Shown one piece after another: positions 38,701 through 52,344 of a stretch of 64,000 bases of DNA. The position numbers and the translations under genes are program-made. Source of the DNA: Eledone cirrhosa (Eukaryota). The notes beneath the pieces were generated by a model. It saw nothing but the letters and a program-made list of their open reading frames with translations, was not told where the DNA came from and ran no database searches. The DNA lies in NCBI GenBank assembly GCA_964016885.1, contig CAXHJY010000462.1, positions 62,001 through 126,000 of the forward strand, read 5' to 3'. The stretch's first letter is position 1, and each line of letters opens with the position of its first letter.

Positions 38701-39965
38701 TGAAAGTGTGCAAAACCTATTCTATCCTTGTCTACGGACCTCATAAAAAACTTATCTATATACGCTCTAGATGACCCTATGCGTTTGCCCGGGTCAATAC
38801 TGGCGTATTAGGGAAATCTAGTCAGTACAGGTCAGATATTTGGAATTGGGTGATATGGTTGTTGTGGCTTTTGCACCTCACGCTCCTATCAACTATTCCT
38901 ACACAATCCCGGCTTGCAACTAAGATTCCAATCCAGTCATCCACTAACAGAAAACGGGCGAGACGTTCCCAGAGAGGCTTCCATGCGCCTAAAGAAGTTC
39001 GATCTAAAGGCACTAGCGACGCTATTGTTCACGCCTAGGCCCACTAACTTACCTCGAAATATTGGCCTTTCCTAAACTGCTCTGTCACCCTGCCTCGCAT
39101 TCCCGACCGAATAAGAACTGCGACGATATATTAGGGTCAAAAATGGGGCCTAGTGCGCGCTTGTCGGATATCCTCTTATCGCTGTCAGCAATCACATCCA
39201 TATCTAGTGACCTGAAGTCATTCAGCAAGCCACTCTCATTTCAGGACGACCCCAGAGCACGAATATTTAAACATCCTACTCTTAGGATGACCATGTTGGC
39301 AGGCTAAAAGAGAGAGGAAATGTTTACTTAAGAGCCAGGGGCTTGTAGAGTCGGTTGGGTCAGCCTCCATGGTTTGTGGTAAACCATTGGGAACTCCTTT
39401 AAAAGCCTATTCGAGGCTTTCACGTTAAGGGTCCCCACGTCGTTGTGGAAGCGCTCCCTAATTTTCTTTCTTTTTTTTGTAGGTGTTATTGCCATCCATG
39501 CCATCAGCATATCAGCACTCTTTTGGAGATTCTGAAGTTGCGGTATCTCCGTATTGTTGGTAGTGGTTGTGGTTTTCTTGACGATTGTGGCGTTGGTGTT
39601 GTAGGTGTGCCTGTGTTTTCTGTGGCTGTTTTGTGTGCTTGTTGGTGTGTGTGAAGATCAATTTTTTTTCTTTTTGTGCTTTTTATTGCTTTTCGGGGTT
39701 TCCCCTCATCTGCACACGGTGGTGGTGCAGCTGTTGTCGATACTGCCCAATATGGTGCTGGTATTTGCAATGGTTGCAGGAGGGGCGGTGTTACTCCGCT
39801 CGATCTTTAAGTCATTGTCATTTAACAGCTGACTTAATGGGACGGGTCATGTCTGGTCCATGTCTGGTCCATCTTTTTTCTTATGTCACCTTTGTCACAA
39901 AAATCACAAAACCTTGAAAAATAACCAACTGACGGAGTTCACACAAATACGTCTTCACAGTCCAA
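35800..39965 (-). mobile_element. Decayed L1/Tx1-type LINE (ORF1 remnant, APE, RT, 3' end)
   Basis: YSDHKFV, DQSNAFDRVDHRYLEAV, AYAEDITV, YESLTGAKLN. Many stops and frameshifts. SINE inserted at 36346-36478. Confidence 0.85.
36346..36478 (-). mobile_element. tRNA-derived SINE, truncated, nested in the LINE
   Basis: Family core on the minus strand. Confidence 0.85.
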
Positions 39966-39984
39966 CAATCATTAATAATAATAT

Positions 39985-40409
39985 TTGTTTCTACTTTAGG
40001 CACAAGCCCAGCAATTTTTGGGGAGGGAAAGGTTGATTAAATCAACCTTTTATTAACCCCTTAGGGATGAAAGGCAAGCTAACCTCAAAGGGATTTGAAA
40101 TCAGAACGTAAAGTGTCATAACTCTACGTCATGAAGCAAGGTGTCCGATGCTTTATCGATGCTGCCAATCTTTATCGATGCTGCCTAACAACAACGACAA
40201 CAACAACAACAATAATATTAATAGTAATAATTGTTTCTACTTTTGGCACAAGGCCAGCACTTACCCAGTGCATTACTGGTGCTTTATTTTATCGACACTA
40301 TAAGGATGAAAGGCAAAGTTAACCTCGGCGGGATTTGAACTCAGATGATAAATGCCCGTAACTCTATGCTACTAAGCATGGCGTCCGACTCTCTACCGAT
40401 ACTGCCAAT
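39985..40409 (-). mobile_element. Two adjacent tRNA-derived SINE copies (about 39985-40168 and 40226-40409)
   Basis: Family core occurs twice on the minus strand. Confidence 0.8.
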
Positions 40410-40535
40410 AATAATAATAACAACAATAATGGGTGTAAAATGTTCAGTAGTTGAAATATGCTGACCTATAAAAATATAATTTACATTAGCGTTGTATTTG
40501 AGACCTAGAAGCTATCATATTGAATAGCGTCAACC

Positions 40536-40572
<37 letters not shown>

Positions 40573-41435
40573 TATTAACCACTAAACAAAAAACTATCTT
40601 AGAGAAACCTTTTAAAATAGATGCTTAATCACAACAAAATATATCAAACACTTGTGTTACTTTTCTATATAACAAGGAAAACCTAAGTAATTGTATTTTT
40701 CTATCATCAATATTCACCAAAGATTATAAGCCTTTGGCTATGTCTAGACTATATTTTCTAACATAATGGATGTAAATTACTGTAATAGCCTTCTGGGGAA
40801 TCAGGTGCAGATATTACGTTGTTTATATCTATATATTATGTGAATTTATATATATATATATATATTATAGTGTTTATATTTAGCTTACTATACTTACAAA
40901 CTATTTGTCTTAGCAGCGAAGGAGAACGATGATTTTTCAAAACAAACAAATGTCCATATATAGAAAAGATAATCTAATAAAATATATTAATGTCTTACAT
41001 TTATGTATCCTACATATAAATATATCTTTGTAATTATTGATGACACCGTTGCACATCATGTATATATATTGCAGAAATGCAACACGTGAGAAAAATTTGA
41101 CAATAAAATATAAAAAATAAACATATATAAACATATATAAACATATATAAACGAATATATTTAGGAGAAGAAATAATGTGAAGCTACTGGTTACACCTGA
41201 ACTAAGAAAGCGTTGTACGAGGCCAACGTTGCTTAAATGATTACTTCCTAATCACTGGAAGTTTGACTCAAATGACAGGAAGTGGACAAACGACAAAGTG
41301 TCAGTAAGAGCAAGTAGAGTGGGAGTTAGTGTAGCAAAAGAGATTGTAGTATGAACTAGAAGAGAGAGAAATGAAATGGAGAAAAGAGAGTGGGATGTTA
41401 AGGAGTAAGTGTGCGCGGAAGGAGAGTGTATATAA

Positions 41436-41511
<76 letters not shown>

Positions 41512-41929
41512 GTGTATGTATTGTGGGTTTTTTTTTTTAAATTAATATGAGGGTGTGTGATTTGTGTGTGTAGAAATGTACAAGGTGTTACCAATTCGTA
41601 AAGAGTGAGAGGGAATGATGACCCAGATAATAATAAAATCTGATAGGGAGAGAAAGTGAGGGAAAAAAGAAAGAAGGGCGTAGGGAAGAAAGTGTGCGGA
41701 CGTGAAGGGGGGGGGGGTTGTATATGTAGAGAGGTACAAGGTTTATACAAGTGGCAGTACAGTTATATTTTGTAGATATGTGTGCATTTAAGTTTAAGAA
41801 TGTGTATGAAGTTAAAATGAATTTGCTGCTTTATTTGTGTAATAGACGCAGTCTATGAGATGTATGCATGTAGAGGATGGGTGCATGTAGTCTGGTAAAT
41901 GCGTATGTGTATAGAGTAAGATGTTAAGT

Positions 41930-42824
41930 TGCAGTTAGTTACACATCACTACTCTGTTCATACCAATGAAGGATATTAACGAAAACGAGACGTTGTTCCT
42001 TGCGATAGACAGAAGCAGGAGTGCAATGGTATAGAAAATACTACAGAGTGAGATATGGGAAATAGAGATAGTGGGTGAGTTGACGAACAAAAGGTGATGT
42101 GACGAACAAAAGGTGATGTGTAATTTAATCTCATATCTTCTGTGAAACAACTAACGACCGAACTCTACGAATTATGAGACCACAGAAATGGTATTTAATA
42201 CAATGCATGGCATTTCTAGTAGTATAGATAAAGGGTAACTGATAGGAATGGGCTGTTAGCTTGATCCAAGAAGGGTGGTAGTGTTGCAGATATGGGTAAA
42301 TGTTGCAAGGGATTCTAGAAAAAAATAGAGATATAGGTTAGATATTTTGAGAAGAAGATTGCTAAGTAATTGCTTATATTAGGGGTGCGTTTAAATGAAG
42401 GATATTGCTGGAATATGCAGAAGGTGGCGGCGTCTAAACAAGGGAAACAGAAAGTACGGAGGATGAAGAGATAAGGTGTTTCGATGCAAGATCAGAGATA
42501 GGGCAAGCAGATAAAACAAGAGTGACGCTGGAACTAAAGGTCTGAAATACAATCGACTTGGTAGACTCGGATTCTGTTTGAACGACTGTATATACCCGGC
42601 TTCTATGATAGAAAGTGACTCAAATATTAGTCTTTTCTTTTTACCAAAGAGCAGAAAGGATTATGTGAGTGGGTGTAAGATTTTAATGGTTGAGAGGGTC
42701 GAGGCGAAATCCAGGTAAGTCTGGGAGTCAGTAGGTTTGCAGAAAGGGGACTGGGTGATGATGGTGACAGACGTCAAGTAGCGAGGCACTTAATAGTTAA
42801 GATGATGAAAGTTAACCCCCTCCC

Positions 42825-42826
<2 letters not shown>
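41930..42826 (-). pseudogene. Highly decayed Neptune-type PLE fragment
   Basis: Minus-strand PFCKPTDSQTYLDF and SFKRTPNISNYL match YKPTDSHCYL and SFMRARNLRDIL of the 45.6-46.8 kb copy. Confidence 0.55.
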
Positions 42827-42896
<70 letters not shown>

Positions 42897-43747
42897 CATT
42901 AGCTGAGGTACTGGACATCGCCCGGGAGAATAGTTGAGAGAAGATTGATAAAAGAAAAAACGACTGTATTGGATATGTTGTCTGATATGAGGTGAGACCG
43001 CAATGTGTGTGAGTGTATGTGAGAAGAGACATAAAAAAAATAAATAATAAAGCTTCCTTATTAGGCTGGGGGGGGGGGGGTAAACTGTCGATTAAATGGT
43101 GACATTGGCCTTAGATTTTAAATGTGAAATAACCATAGTCAATATGAACTGTTTTAGCTCCAAATGAAGTTATCTGAAACGTAGCAATATACCGCTTTTG
43201 AAGTGTTTAGCTTCTTTAGTACGGTCTGTAAGTAGTATATGGATAAAAGCTGGAGGGTAGATCAATTTCAAATTGTATCAAGTTTTCTTCGTTCTGTACA
43301 TCAAAGAGTGTAAACAGACTTTATAAAAGCTAACGCAATATTGTTAAACCTTCCTATAGATCAAAAGATCTATAGTTTGAGTCGTTTCTAGACATTCGTG
43401 GGACGCCTCTCTCTCTCTATCTCTCTCTTTCTCTCACTCTTTCTCTCTCTCTCTGAATATCTAACACTTGAATTCTCTCTCTCTCTATATAACGGCATAT
43501 CTATCCCTTTCTGCCTCTCCTTCTGTGTCTCTCTCACTTTAGATGTGTGTGTGTATGTATTTGTGTGTGTGTATGTGTGTGTAGTTTTCGAGTGATTTAA
43601 CCATCGAACCAACCAATAATCATCTCTCATTTATATATGTGAATAATTCTTTAATGGGTTTATATGACAAACACTGAAGTTCCGCTGAAAAACAAGAATC
43701 ATATACACTCCATCGACAGTGTATATTAATTAGTAAACGAAAAACGG

Positions 43748-43880
43748 ATAGTGGTATTCACTAAAGCTAGTATTTGTTCAAATTTAATACGCGCGCGCGC
43801 ACATTCACACATGTATGTGTGCATATGTGTTTGTGGGTATTAAATTTGAACAAGCACTAGATATAGTGAATACAACTATC
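43748..43880. repeat. Small imperfect inverted repeat (MITE-like, arms about 45 bp)
   Basis: gatagtggtattcacta...ttgttcaaatttaatac pairs with gtattaaatttgaacaa...tagtgaatacaactatc. Confidence 0.7.
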
Positions 43881-44639
43881 AGCAATAGCTGATAGCAATA
43901 AATAATATTTGAATGAGCAGGTTTGTATAACTATAAAATCAGACACAGAAACTTGCATATGTTTTCGTTGATACTCAGGGTTTCAAGATAGGATATGATT
44001 ATTCGTAGAAGATTATTTTAGCGTACACTTCATTATTTTAGCGTACTATTCATCCTCTATTAAAATATATATGCTGCTTGATATTGTTTTTACTTCCGGT
44101 GCTGTAGGACTTTGAAAGGATTTCTCGTAAAACTTGTTTTTGATCTAAGGAAGACATCTCTTGTGTGAAATATGTTTTTCTCTAATATTTCTGCCCTTTT
44201 GTCTGACCTTGTAGGTTACGATGATTGTCGCATGAGATCCAGTTCATTTACTACAACTGCCAGGCTGGTACTGTTGCTGTGGCAATGATCTGATAGATGT
44301 GTGTTTCGCTGCTCCGGGTATGACATGGGGGATCTGGGTCCATAGAAGCCAGAAGGGAAGGATGAATTTCGCACAATTCAAGTAAGGTTTCCATAGTTCA
44401 CGATACGTATTACGGTAAGTGTTTGGATTTAAAGACATCTTCAATATTAACCACCACACAGAGTCGCAGTTCCATTGACATAGGTTTCTGCAATCGTCCA
44501 GCAGATGCTGTGTTCAACGAAATCCTGTTTCTGATATTTAGATGCTCAATATACAGCACGACAATAACCTGCATTACCAATCGTGGCACCCCAACTTGTT
44601 GATACAAAAAGAAATATAATTACGACAATTCCCACCAAA

Positions 44640-45520
44640 TAATCAAATGACTGGACTGCTCTGAAACAGACGTACTTTAAATAGTCACAAGCTGAAATTT
44701 CGTAAATTCTCTGATTAATGCCTTACAAATTATATTGAAAAACGACATTTGCAGTACATAATCAGAAGAGAAAATAATTAACAAGTAGATAGAATCACCT
44801 ACAAATAATTACAAAAAAATTACATCACTAACAACTACACGAGTGCAACGCCAAACACGATAATATCAACAGAAAGGCAAATGTAATACCAATTAAGCTA
44901 AGGCTACATAATACAATAGCGACGTTAGCCGAAAGAAATTTCCTTATCACCATTAAGGACTATGTAATTAACTTTGCTTCTAAGCTCAACTTTTAATTAA
45001 TAAAGCTATTCATATCAGAAATCAGCATAGTTAGCAACAGAATTTTAAGCCACAATAATATCAATATTAAGGTCGCCAACTTATGACAGTGGAGAAGTAA
45101 TTAGACGGTTTCACATCAACACCAAATGTGTACAATGTGGCAGTGTAGTTATTTACTCTGCCATCTCCAGAGACGTTTTAGATAGAGCACTGCATTTAGC
45201 CAGTACCCTATAGTCAGTGAGGAGCGTAAAATTATAATGCGCGTGAGTAAAACGCTGCTGGTACAGAATGAGTAAAAAATACAATGACCCAACTGTATCC
45301 TTCGACGTTAGCAAGGGCTCGTTTAACTGAGTGGACGTAGTTAATTCCATTGGCTTCTACATACTGACGACACTGGGCGACATTTACCCATGAACATAAT
45401 TCAGTCAATACAAAGCCCACGGGTTACCAATAATAACGAATCTACACCAGACAGACGAATGAAAAATATACAAATCTTCAGATCCTTCGGATTAAAAATG
45501 GCGACAGAAACTAACCTCAT
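44640..45520 (+). pseudogene. Decayed PLE RT fragment related to the 52-54 kb element
   Basis: FLITIKDYVINFASK..ISEISIVSNRIL and IQIFRSFGLKMATETNL resemble FNLKDHKDNF..SDIGKISKYIL and LFLELGLNITFEHNL. Confidence 0.5.
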
Positions 45521-45616
45521 TTACAGGAAATATTTATTTTTCATATTTATATGTCTATTTTTCATATTTATGTGTATACATTATAGATTTATCATACATA
45601 CATACGCACGCAAACA

Positions 45617-47041
45617 GCTGGATACTGTCGACTTCTTGGACATCACCTCTCTCTATGCCGTCCTACCCCTTTTGATTCTCAATGGGTTTTCCGTTTTCCT
45701 TTACCGGTGAATTCTATCAGCAGGTCTCTGGGATAGCGATGGGAACCAGAATGGGCCCAAAATATACCAACTTGTTTGTTGGCTACGTCGATGCCCAGTT
45801 CTTCTCGCAGTACGCTGGACCTACTCCTGAAGTATACGGTCATTATATCGAAGACTGTATCGGCGCCACTTCTTATCACGTGAACAGCTCGACTGATTTC
45901 GATCTTTTGTGCAATCTTTTCATCCCACTTTCACCTTTATGTCCGTCTCCGATTCTTCTTCTGTCTCTTTTCTTGATACCTCTGTATCTATTAATCACTC
46001 TCACCACACACTCTCTGCTTCCAGCGTCTATAAACCGACTGACTCCCACTGTTACCTCAACTTCACCCAAACCAAACTCTCCATACCCTGTTTCCAATTC
46101 CTCTGTCTTCGGCTCAGTAGCCAGAACCACGATTAAGAAACGCATGCCCTTTAAATGGATATACCCCTACCCTGATTCAAGCTGCTCTTACCCGTTCCCG
46201 TGAAACCGACCGTACCTTATCCCTCTCACCTTACCAGCGCCCTCCCAACACCCGCGTTCCTTTCCCTCTTACCTACCACCCCATCATCCTACCGCTTCGG
46301 CGACATATTCTCCCTTTCTTCCGCACCCTCTCTTCTGACTCCATCATTTCTCACTTTTTTTCCTAACCCACCTATCACCTCATTTATGCGCGCCCGTAAC
46401 CTCCGTGACATCCTGGTATGCAGTTCCCACTCATCCTCTCCTACGACTCGACCTGACACTCATCCTTGTCCTCGTCACCGCTATAACTCTTGTCCATTCA
46501 TTTCCAACCTCACCACTCTCAGTCCCCAACGGTTCATTCCGTATCCGCCAATCCTTCACCTGCACCTCCACCGATGTTCATTATTCCCTCCGCTGTTCCC
46601 TCTGCGGGCCCTTATATATTGTACAAATCGAACACCGTTTGGCGGACCGTTTTGCTGAACATTTGACGGATATACGACTCGGTATGGATACTCCTGTCGT
46701 CTGTGATTTCCGTTCTCCAGGTCACTCTTCCCTACATGTCCCACGCCTGGTTGTCCTTTTACATCACGCGCACCAGGACTGAACATAGTCTGATTTACCA
46801 CCTTGGGTCATGTTTCCCTCATGGGCTCAACTCCCCTCTCCAATTTCTTTAATATTACACGTTCGTGCTTACTTTTACCCTTTGCCCCGTCACGTTCAGC
46901 CCGTCCGTTATCACGCACGCGCTTGTACATTCACCCCTATATTCCTATGTCTCTCTTATGGTCAGAAAGATATACTTTTCAGCTGATAGAGAGCAACAAA
47001 ATACGCACACACACATCTCTACTATTCCCTTCACAGTTCTT

Positions 47042-47086
<45 letters not shown>

Positions 47087-47524
47087 CCTTATATTAACAT
47101 ACTTTTCCTAACATCTTCATACTTACTAGCACGCACAGACACTTTTACTTACATATACACACGCATATACTCTTAAAGTCGTACGGACGTACAATAACCC
47201 CCCCCCCACACACACACACACACGTATATCTCTATATACAAAACCTTTTTTTTTTTCCATTTCAGGTAGACGCGTTCCATCATACACAGAACGCCAGCAT
47301 CACCAGTTTTCGAAAGGTTGGCATCATGAGTAGAACTGTTATTTTTTTCTAAAAATATTTTTCCCAGTTCCGCCCCGACCGTCCCTTCAATCTTTTTAAT
47401 TTCTCATTCTTTCTTCTGATGAAGGACTGGCGTCCGAAACGTTAATTCATGCTATTTCAAGCTTTAACCTAATATATTCCTTCCATATTCTGTACCGATT
47501 GTTTTGTTATTTCTGTTTATATTT

Positions 47525-47529
<5 letters not shown>
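45617..47529 (+). mobile_element. Decayed Neptune-type PLE (RT, linker, GIY-YIG, pLTR)
   Basis: DITSLY, YQQVSGIAMGTRMGP, YIED, SFLD, YKPTDSH, FTCTSTDVHYSLRCSLCGPLYI, DRFAEH. The pLTR ends in (TA)n. A related pLTR remnant lies at about 55815-56004. Confidence 0.85.
47413..47446 (+). ncRNA. Minimal type I HHR in Neptune-type pLTR
   Basis: tt-CTGATGA-a-ggac-tggc-gtcc-GAAA-cg-TT-aa. Palindromic AACGTT stem III, stem I only about 2 bp. Confidence 0.75.
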
Positions 47530-47580
<51 letters not shown>

Positions 47581-47583
<3 letters not shown>

Positions 47584-49142
47584 TATGAAGAGAGAAGAAA
47601 CATTTAGATATAATTAGTAATAAAATGTATCATACCTAAACTGCTCCTAAATTCCTCGACTACGTAGTTTCGTGGCATAAACAAAAGCAATATATCAAAG
47701 ATATAGAGTCCTTGCGAGGTCTGCCGACTTATCAAGAGGATACCTCATTTTACTAGTCTCAAGAACGCGTCTACACGACGTGAGAAAGAATCCCAAAAGG
47801 CGGAGGGGGAGATAGTCACGCGATATAACGGTCAGGAAACAGAGCTAAGCCTCTTATAACCACGAAGAAAATACCACGGAGGCGGAGGGGGTATTCATAT
47901 CGAGGCCGTAGAAGAGGTAGTGAAGAAGGCGAGAAGTATGAGTAATGGAAGCTTTCCAGTTGTCCCTACACTTCAAAGATTGCTCGACCAGAGGGAGTTA
48001 TTAACAATATATTTAGAAACACACAGATACATGCGGACACACACATATATACATGAATGCATCCGCACCCAACTGTGAGTTAAGGGTGCCAACTTCACCG
48101 ATGTTGCTCAATGAATGACTGGGACAGACCAATTCAGTTTGAACTAGACTGAACCAGTATCAGAGTTAAAAATACATTATGAAGAGAGAAGAAACATTTA
48201 GATATAATTAGTAATAAAATGTATCATACCTAAACTGCTCCTAAATTCCTCGACTATGTAGTTTCGTGGCATAAACAAAAACAATATATCAAAGATATAG
48301 AGTCCTTGCGAGGTCTGCCGACTTATCAAGAGGATACCTCATTTTACTAGTCTCAAGAACGCGTCTACACGACGTGAGAAAGAATCCCAAAAGGCGGAGG
48401 GGGAGATAGTCACGCGATATAACGGTCGAGAAACAGAGCTAAGCCTCTTATAACCACGAAGAAAATACCACGGAGGCGGAGGGGGTATTCATATCGAGGC
48501 CGTAGAAGAGGTAGTGAAGAAGGCGAGAAGTATGAGTAATGGAAGCTTTCCAGTTGTCCCCACACTTCAAAGATTGCTCGACCAGAGGGAGTTATTAACA
48601 ATATATTTAGAAACACACAGATACATGCGGACACACACATATATACATGAATGCATCCGCACCCAACTGTGAGTTAAGGGTGCCAACTTCACCGATGTTG
48701 CTCAATGAATGACTGGGACAGACCAATTCAGTTTGAACTAGACTGAACCAGTATCAGAGTTAAAAATACATTATGAAGAGAGAAGAAACATTTAGATATA
48801 ATTAGTAATAAAATGTATCATACCTAAACTGCTCCTAAATTCCTCGACTACGTAGTTTCGTGGCATAAACAAAAACAATATATCAAAGATATAGAGTCCT
48901 TGCGAGGTCTGCCGACTTATCAAGAGGATACCTCATTTTACTAGTCTCAAGAACGCGTCTACACGACGTGAGAAAGAATCCCAAAAGGCGGAGGGGGAGA
49001 TAGTCACGCGATATAACGGTCGAGAAACAGAGGTAAGCCTCTTATAACCACGAAGAAAATACCACGGAGGCGGAGGGGGTATTCATATCGAGGCCGTAGA
49101 AGAGGTAGTGAAGAAGGCGAGAAGTATGAGTAATGGAAGCTT
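47581..49142 (-). mobile_element. Non-coding tandem array, 594-bp unit x 2.6, one HHR per unit, retrozyme/non-autonomous PLE-like
   Basis: Units start at 47581, 48175 and 48769 and are nearly identical. (TA)n on both sides. No credible ORF. Confidence 0.9.
47653..47740 (-). ncRNA. Type I HHR with U3:A8 covariant core and long loop 2 (copies at 48247-48334 and 48841-48928)
   Basis: tcctc-TTGATAA-gtcggca-(about 44 nt)-tgccac-GAAA-ctacgtag-TC-gagga. 5-bp stem I, palindromic stem III, GUC triplet. Confidence 0.85.
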
Positions 49143-49292
49143 ATATATATATATATATCTTTAGGTTTGTTAGTTCACCACTGGATAGACTTCCGCATGG
49201 TCAATCTTGGTGTAATATTTTGGAAAGTACTCAACGTAGTGCAGTTCACCCGTCTTCGTTTGTGTAGTTGGTGGTGCGAATACGGAGTTAAT

Positions 49293-49965
49293 TATCAATA
49301 AAAATAACAGGAGATTGGACTGGGGTATATCCTTTAAAGTTTTAAATAACTATGATCATTTCAATGACCGGGTTCCATATGAATCCGGTGATATAATCAG
49401 GTATTCGAAATATAACAAAGTAATATGTAAAAACCATGGGTCCAAAAATCAGAGACAAAGAGGACGACTGACCAACTAGCTGCCTTCACCTCGGCCAGTC
49501 ACCCTCAAAGTGATGGTTACTCGGTCTACTAATGACCATCTGGTGAGGGGGCGAAGGCTTATAATGAACTGCCACCCCTCCGTCAAAGAATAAAAAAGGG
49601 GAAGAAAGAAAGAAAGAAAGAAAGAAGAAAAAAGAAAGAAGTCAGCGCAAGAGTCACACTACAGTCAAGTTATAAAACACCGCGAAAAATGTTATTCCAA
49701 AGAATCTATATTTTAACAAAGGCATATGTAATGGGCGTCTGTATGGTCTAATGTATGAACAGAAAATTGGAACGTTACACTTATGTTACGAGTTATAGGA
49801 TGAAATTAAATTAAAGAATAATAAATTGAAAATTGGAAAATAGATAAAAAAATGTATTTAATGAACTTAAAGAGAGAGTCGTATATGAAAAAGCGACTCT
49901 CGATAAGATATAGTATAATAAACCTTTCAAGGATTTACACCAGTCCAGCCTCCTGTTATTGTTAT

Positions 49966-49970
<5 letters not shown>
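49293..49970. mobile_element. Element bounded by imperfect inverted repeats of about 50 bp, decayed HHR-like motif at 49363-49403 (minus)
   Basis: tatcaataaaaataacaggagattggactggggtatatcctttaaag pairs with ctttcaaggatttacaccagtccagcctcctgttattgttattgata. Internal CTGATTA...GAAC-ccgg-TC. Confidence 0.65.
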
Positions 49971-50026
<56 letters not shown>

Positions 50027-50031
<5 letters not shown>

Positions 50032-51218
50032 ATACTTTGGGAGGGTCATGTTGCCAATAAGAAACACACGCACCAGAAGCTTTCACTTCAATTTATTATG
50101 AATTAAATTTATAAATTTAGGAATTTATAAATTTCCGGTTGGTTGGTTGGTTGGTTCCACAACCAGACGATTGTTCATATATTGTCAAAGTTCTTTCGTC
50201 ACACATTCTGTGACCTCTTCAGTGACTGGGGATTCTTTTCTTTGTTTTTGTGCCTCTCCTTTGTTCTGTCCTACGCCATCTTGTTTTTGTGTGTTGTGTG
50301 CTTAGTTTGCGCATGTGTTACATCCGGGTGTCTGTGTGTGTTTATATTTGTTTATTTATTTGTTTATTTACATGTTACTGGTTGTTGTTTGTTCTATGTG
50401 TGTGTGTTTTCATTTTGTCCTTAATTGTAAGTTGTGATGTTGCTATTCCATTCATGCTTTCTATTTAATTTTGGTTGGAGTTCATTTATGTTTATTGCCT
50501 CTGTGATTTGTTTAAACATTGCGTCTTTTCTGTGTGTAGATTCTATTTTTATTTCTATGTTCTTTAATTTACCCTTATGTTCTATTTTAGCATGTTGGTG
50601 GAGTACAGATGATTATTTACTATCTTGAAACTCTCGCCAGTGTTCATTTATCCGTTCTCCTATACTAGGAGCTGTCTCACCTATGTACACTATATTCTTA
50701 TCTCTACATTGTCCTTCAGTACATCTTATGCTATATACTACATTTCTAGTTTTACAGTTAATATGGGGGCTTAGTTTACAGATTATACATTTCTTATCTA
50801 TACAGGGAGGTCTTTGAAAAGGATATGTATTGCTAATAAGTGTTTTTATGGAGGTACATGGTCTTTCTACTATCTTAATATTGAGTTTATGTTTATCTAG
50901 GGCCCTTCTGAATTTGTAAGCTAATTCACCTCTAGGGGTTGTATTGATGAACATTACACTCTGGTATGTATTGCTATCATACCAGGAGTTTATTCTATTA
51001 ACCTTATTCCTAGTTCTTTCTATTCTATTCCAAAATTTGCTCCTATACAAAGGGCAGGTCCCTTTTGTATCATTATTTACCATTTTTTCCCATTTGCTTC
51101 TGGCTCCTCTATATACTATGATCTTATCTCTCTGATTGTAACCAGAGAACTGCATACGGTGGATGAAGTGTTGCATGTGTCTCTCTAGTTCTTTGGGGTT
51201 GCACATGCGGGGCACGTT

Positions 51219-51224
<6 letters not shown>
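50027..51224 (-). mobile_element. 5'-truncated PLE (thumb, Cx4Cx2C linker, GIY-YIG, pLTR), Nematis/Neptune-like
   Basis: MQFSGY, CIDKKCIICK, CKTRNVVYSIRC, YIGETAPSIGERINEH. The frame continues past the TAA at 50613 to 50421. (TA)n on both sides. Confidence 0.88.
50184..50226 (-). ncRNA. Minimal type I HHR, CUU triplet
   Basis: gtca-CTGAAGA-g-gtcac-agaatgt-gtgac-GAAA-gaac-TT-tgac. Confidence 0.8.
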
Positions 51225-51273
<49 letters not shown>

Positions 51274-51310
51274 AAAAGGGAAGTAAGCTTCTATACAAAA
51301 CAGTGGTTAT

Positions 51311-51780
<470 letters not shown>

Positions 51781-52344
51781 ATTTACGAAATGGAAATGCG
51801 GGTATATAGAATTTATTTGGTAACAATTGTTTCTATAGTGTATGAGTTACCTATACCTCGCTATTTGAATAATACACAAATATTATCAAAAACCGAGAGT
51901 ACACTGTAAGCCAACACACCATGTCATCAGACCTTTGTATTAGAATGATATGAAAATATTTTATACACTAGATAAAAGATAAAGAAGGAGGTAGGAAGAG
52001 AAGGGGAAGAGGGAAGTGAGTAAGGTGGAGGGAGTCTTAGGGTTTAAGACTGTCAGACTAGTAGAGATTGTGAAGAGAGAATGTTTTGGCAGCAGTTAGC
52101 TTAATGAGGCTTGCTAAGGTTGGCTGGGAAGTAGATACATCTAGTGGTGTTGTTCGGACAAAATTTAGTTAGAGGGGTCAAAGTGGTACAATGTCACAGA
52201 CAAGTTATTAGGGCTATTATAGTAGCAGGTTATTTCTAAAGGGGTCCAGAAAAACAGTGTTTAGTACTATTATTATAGAAAGCCATATCTAGTGTATAAA
52301 CATATAAGACAGAAAATTGCAAACGTTGGTGTAAAAAGGTAACA

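Noticed and set aside
47581-49142. CRISPR-like array or simple satellite
   Set aside because: The units are identical along their length with no spacers, the context is eukaryotic, and an HHR is present in each unit.
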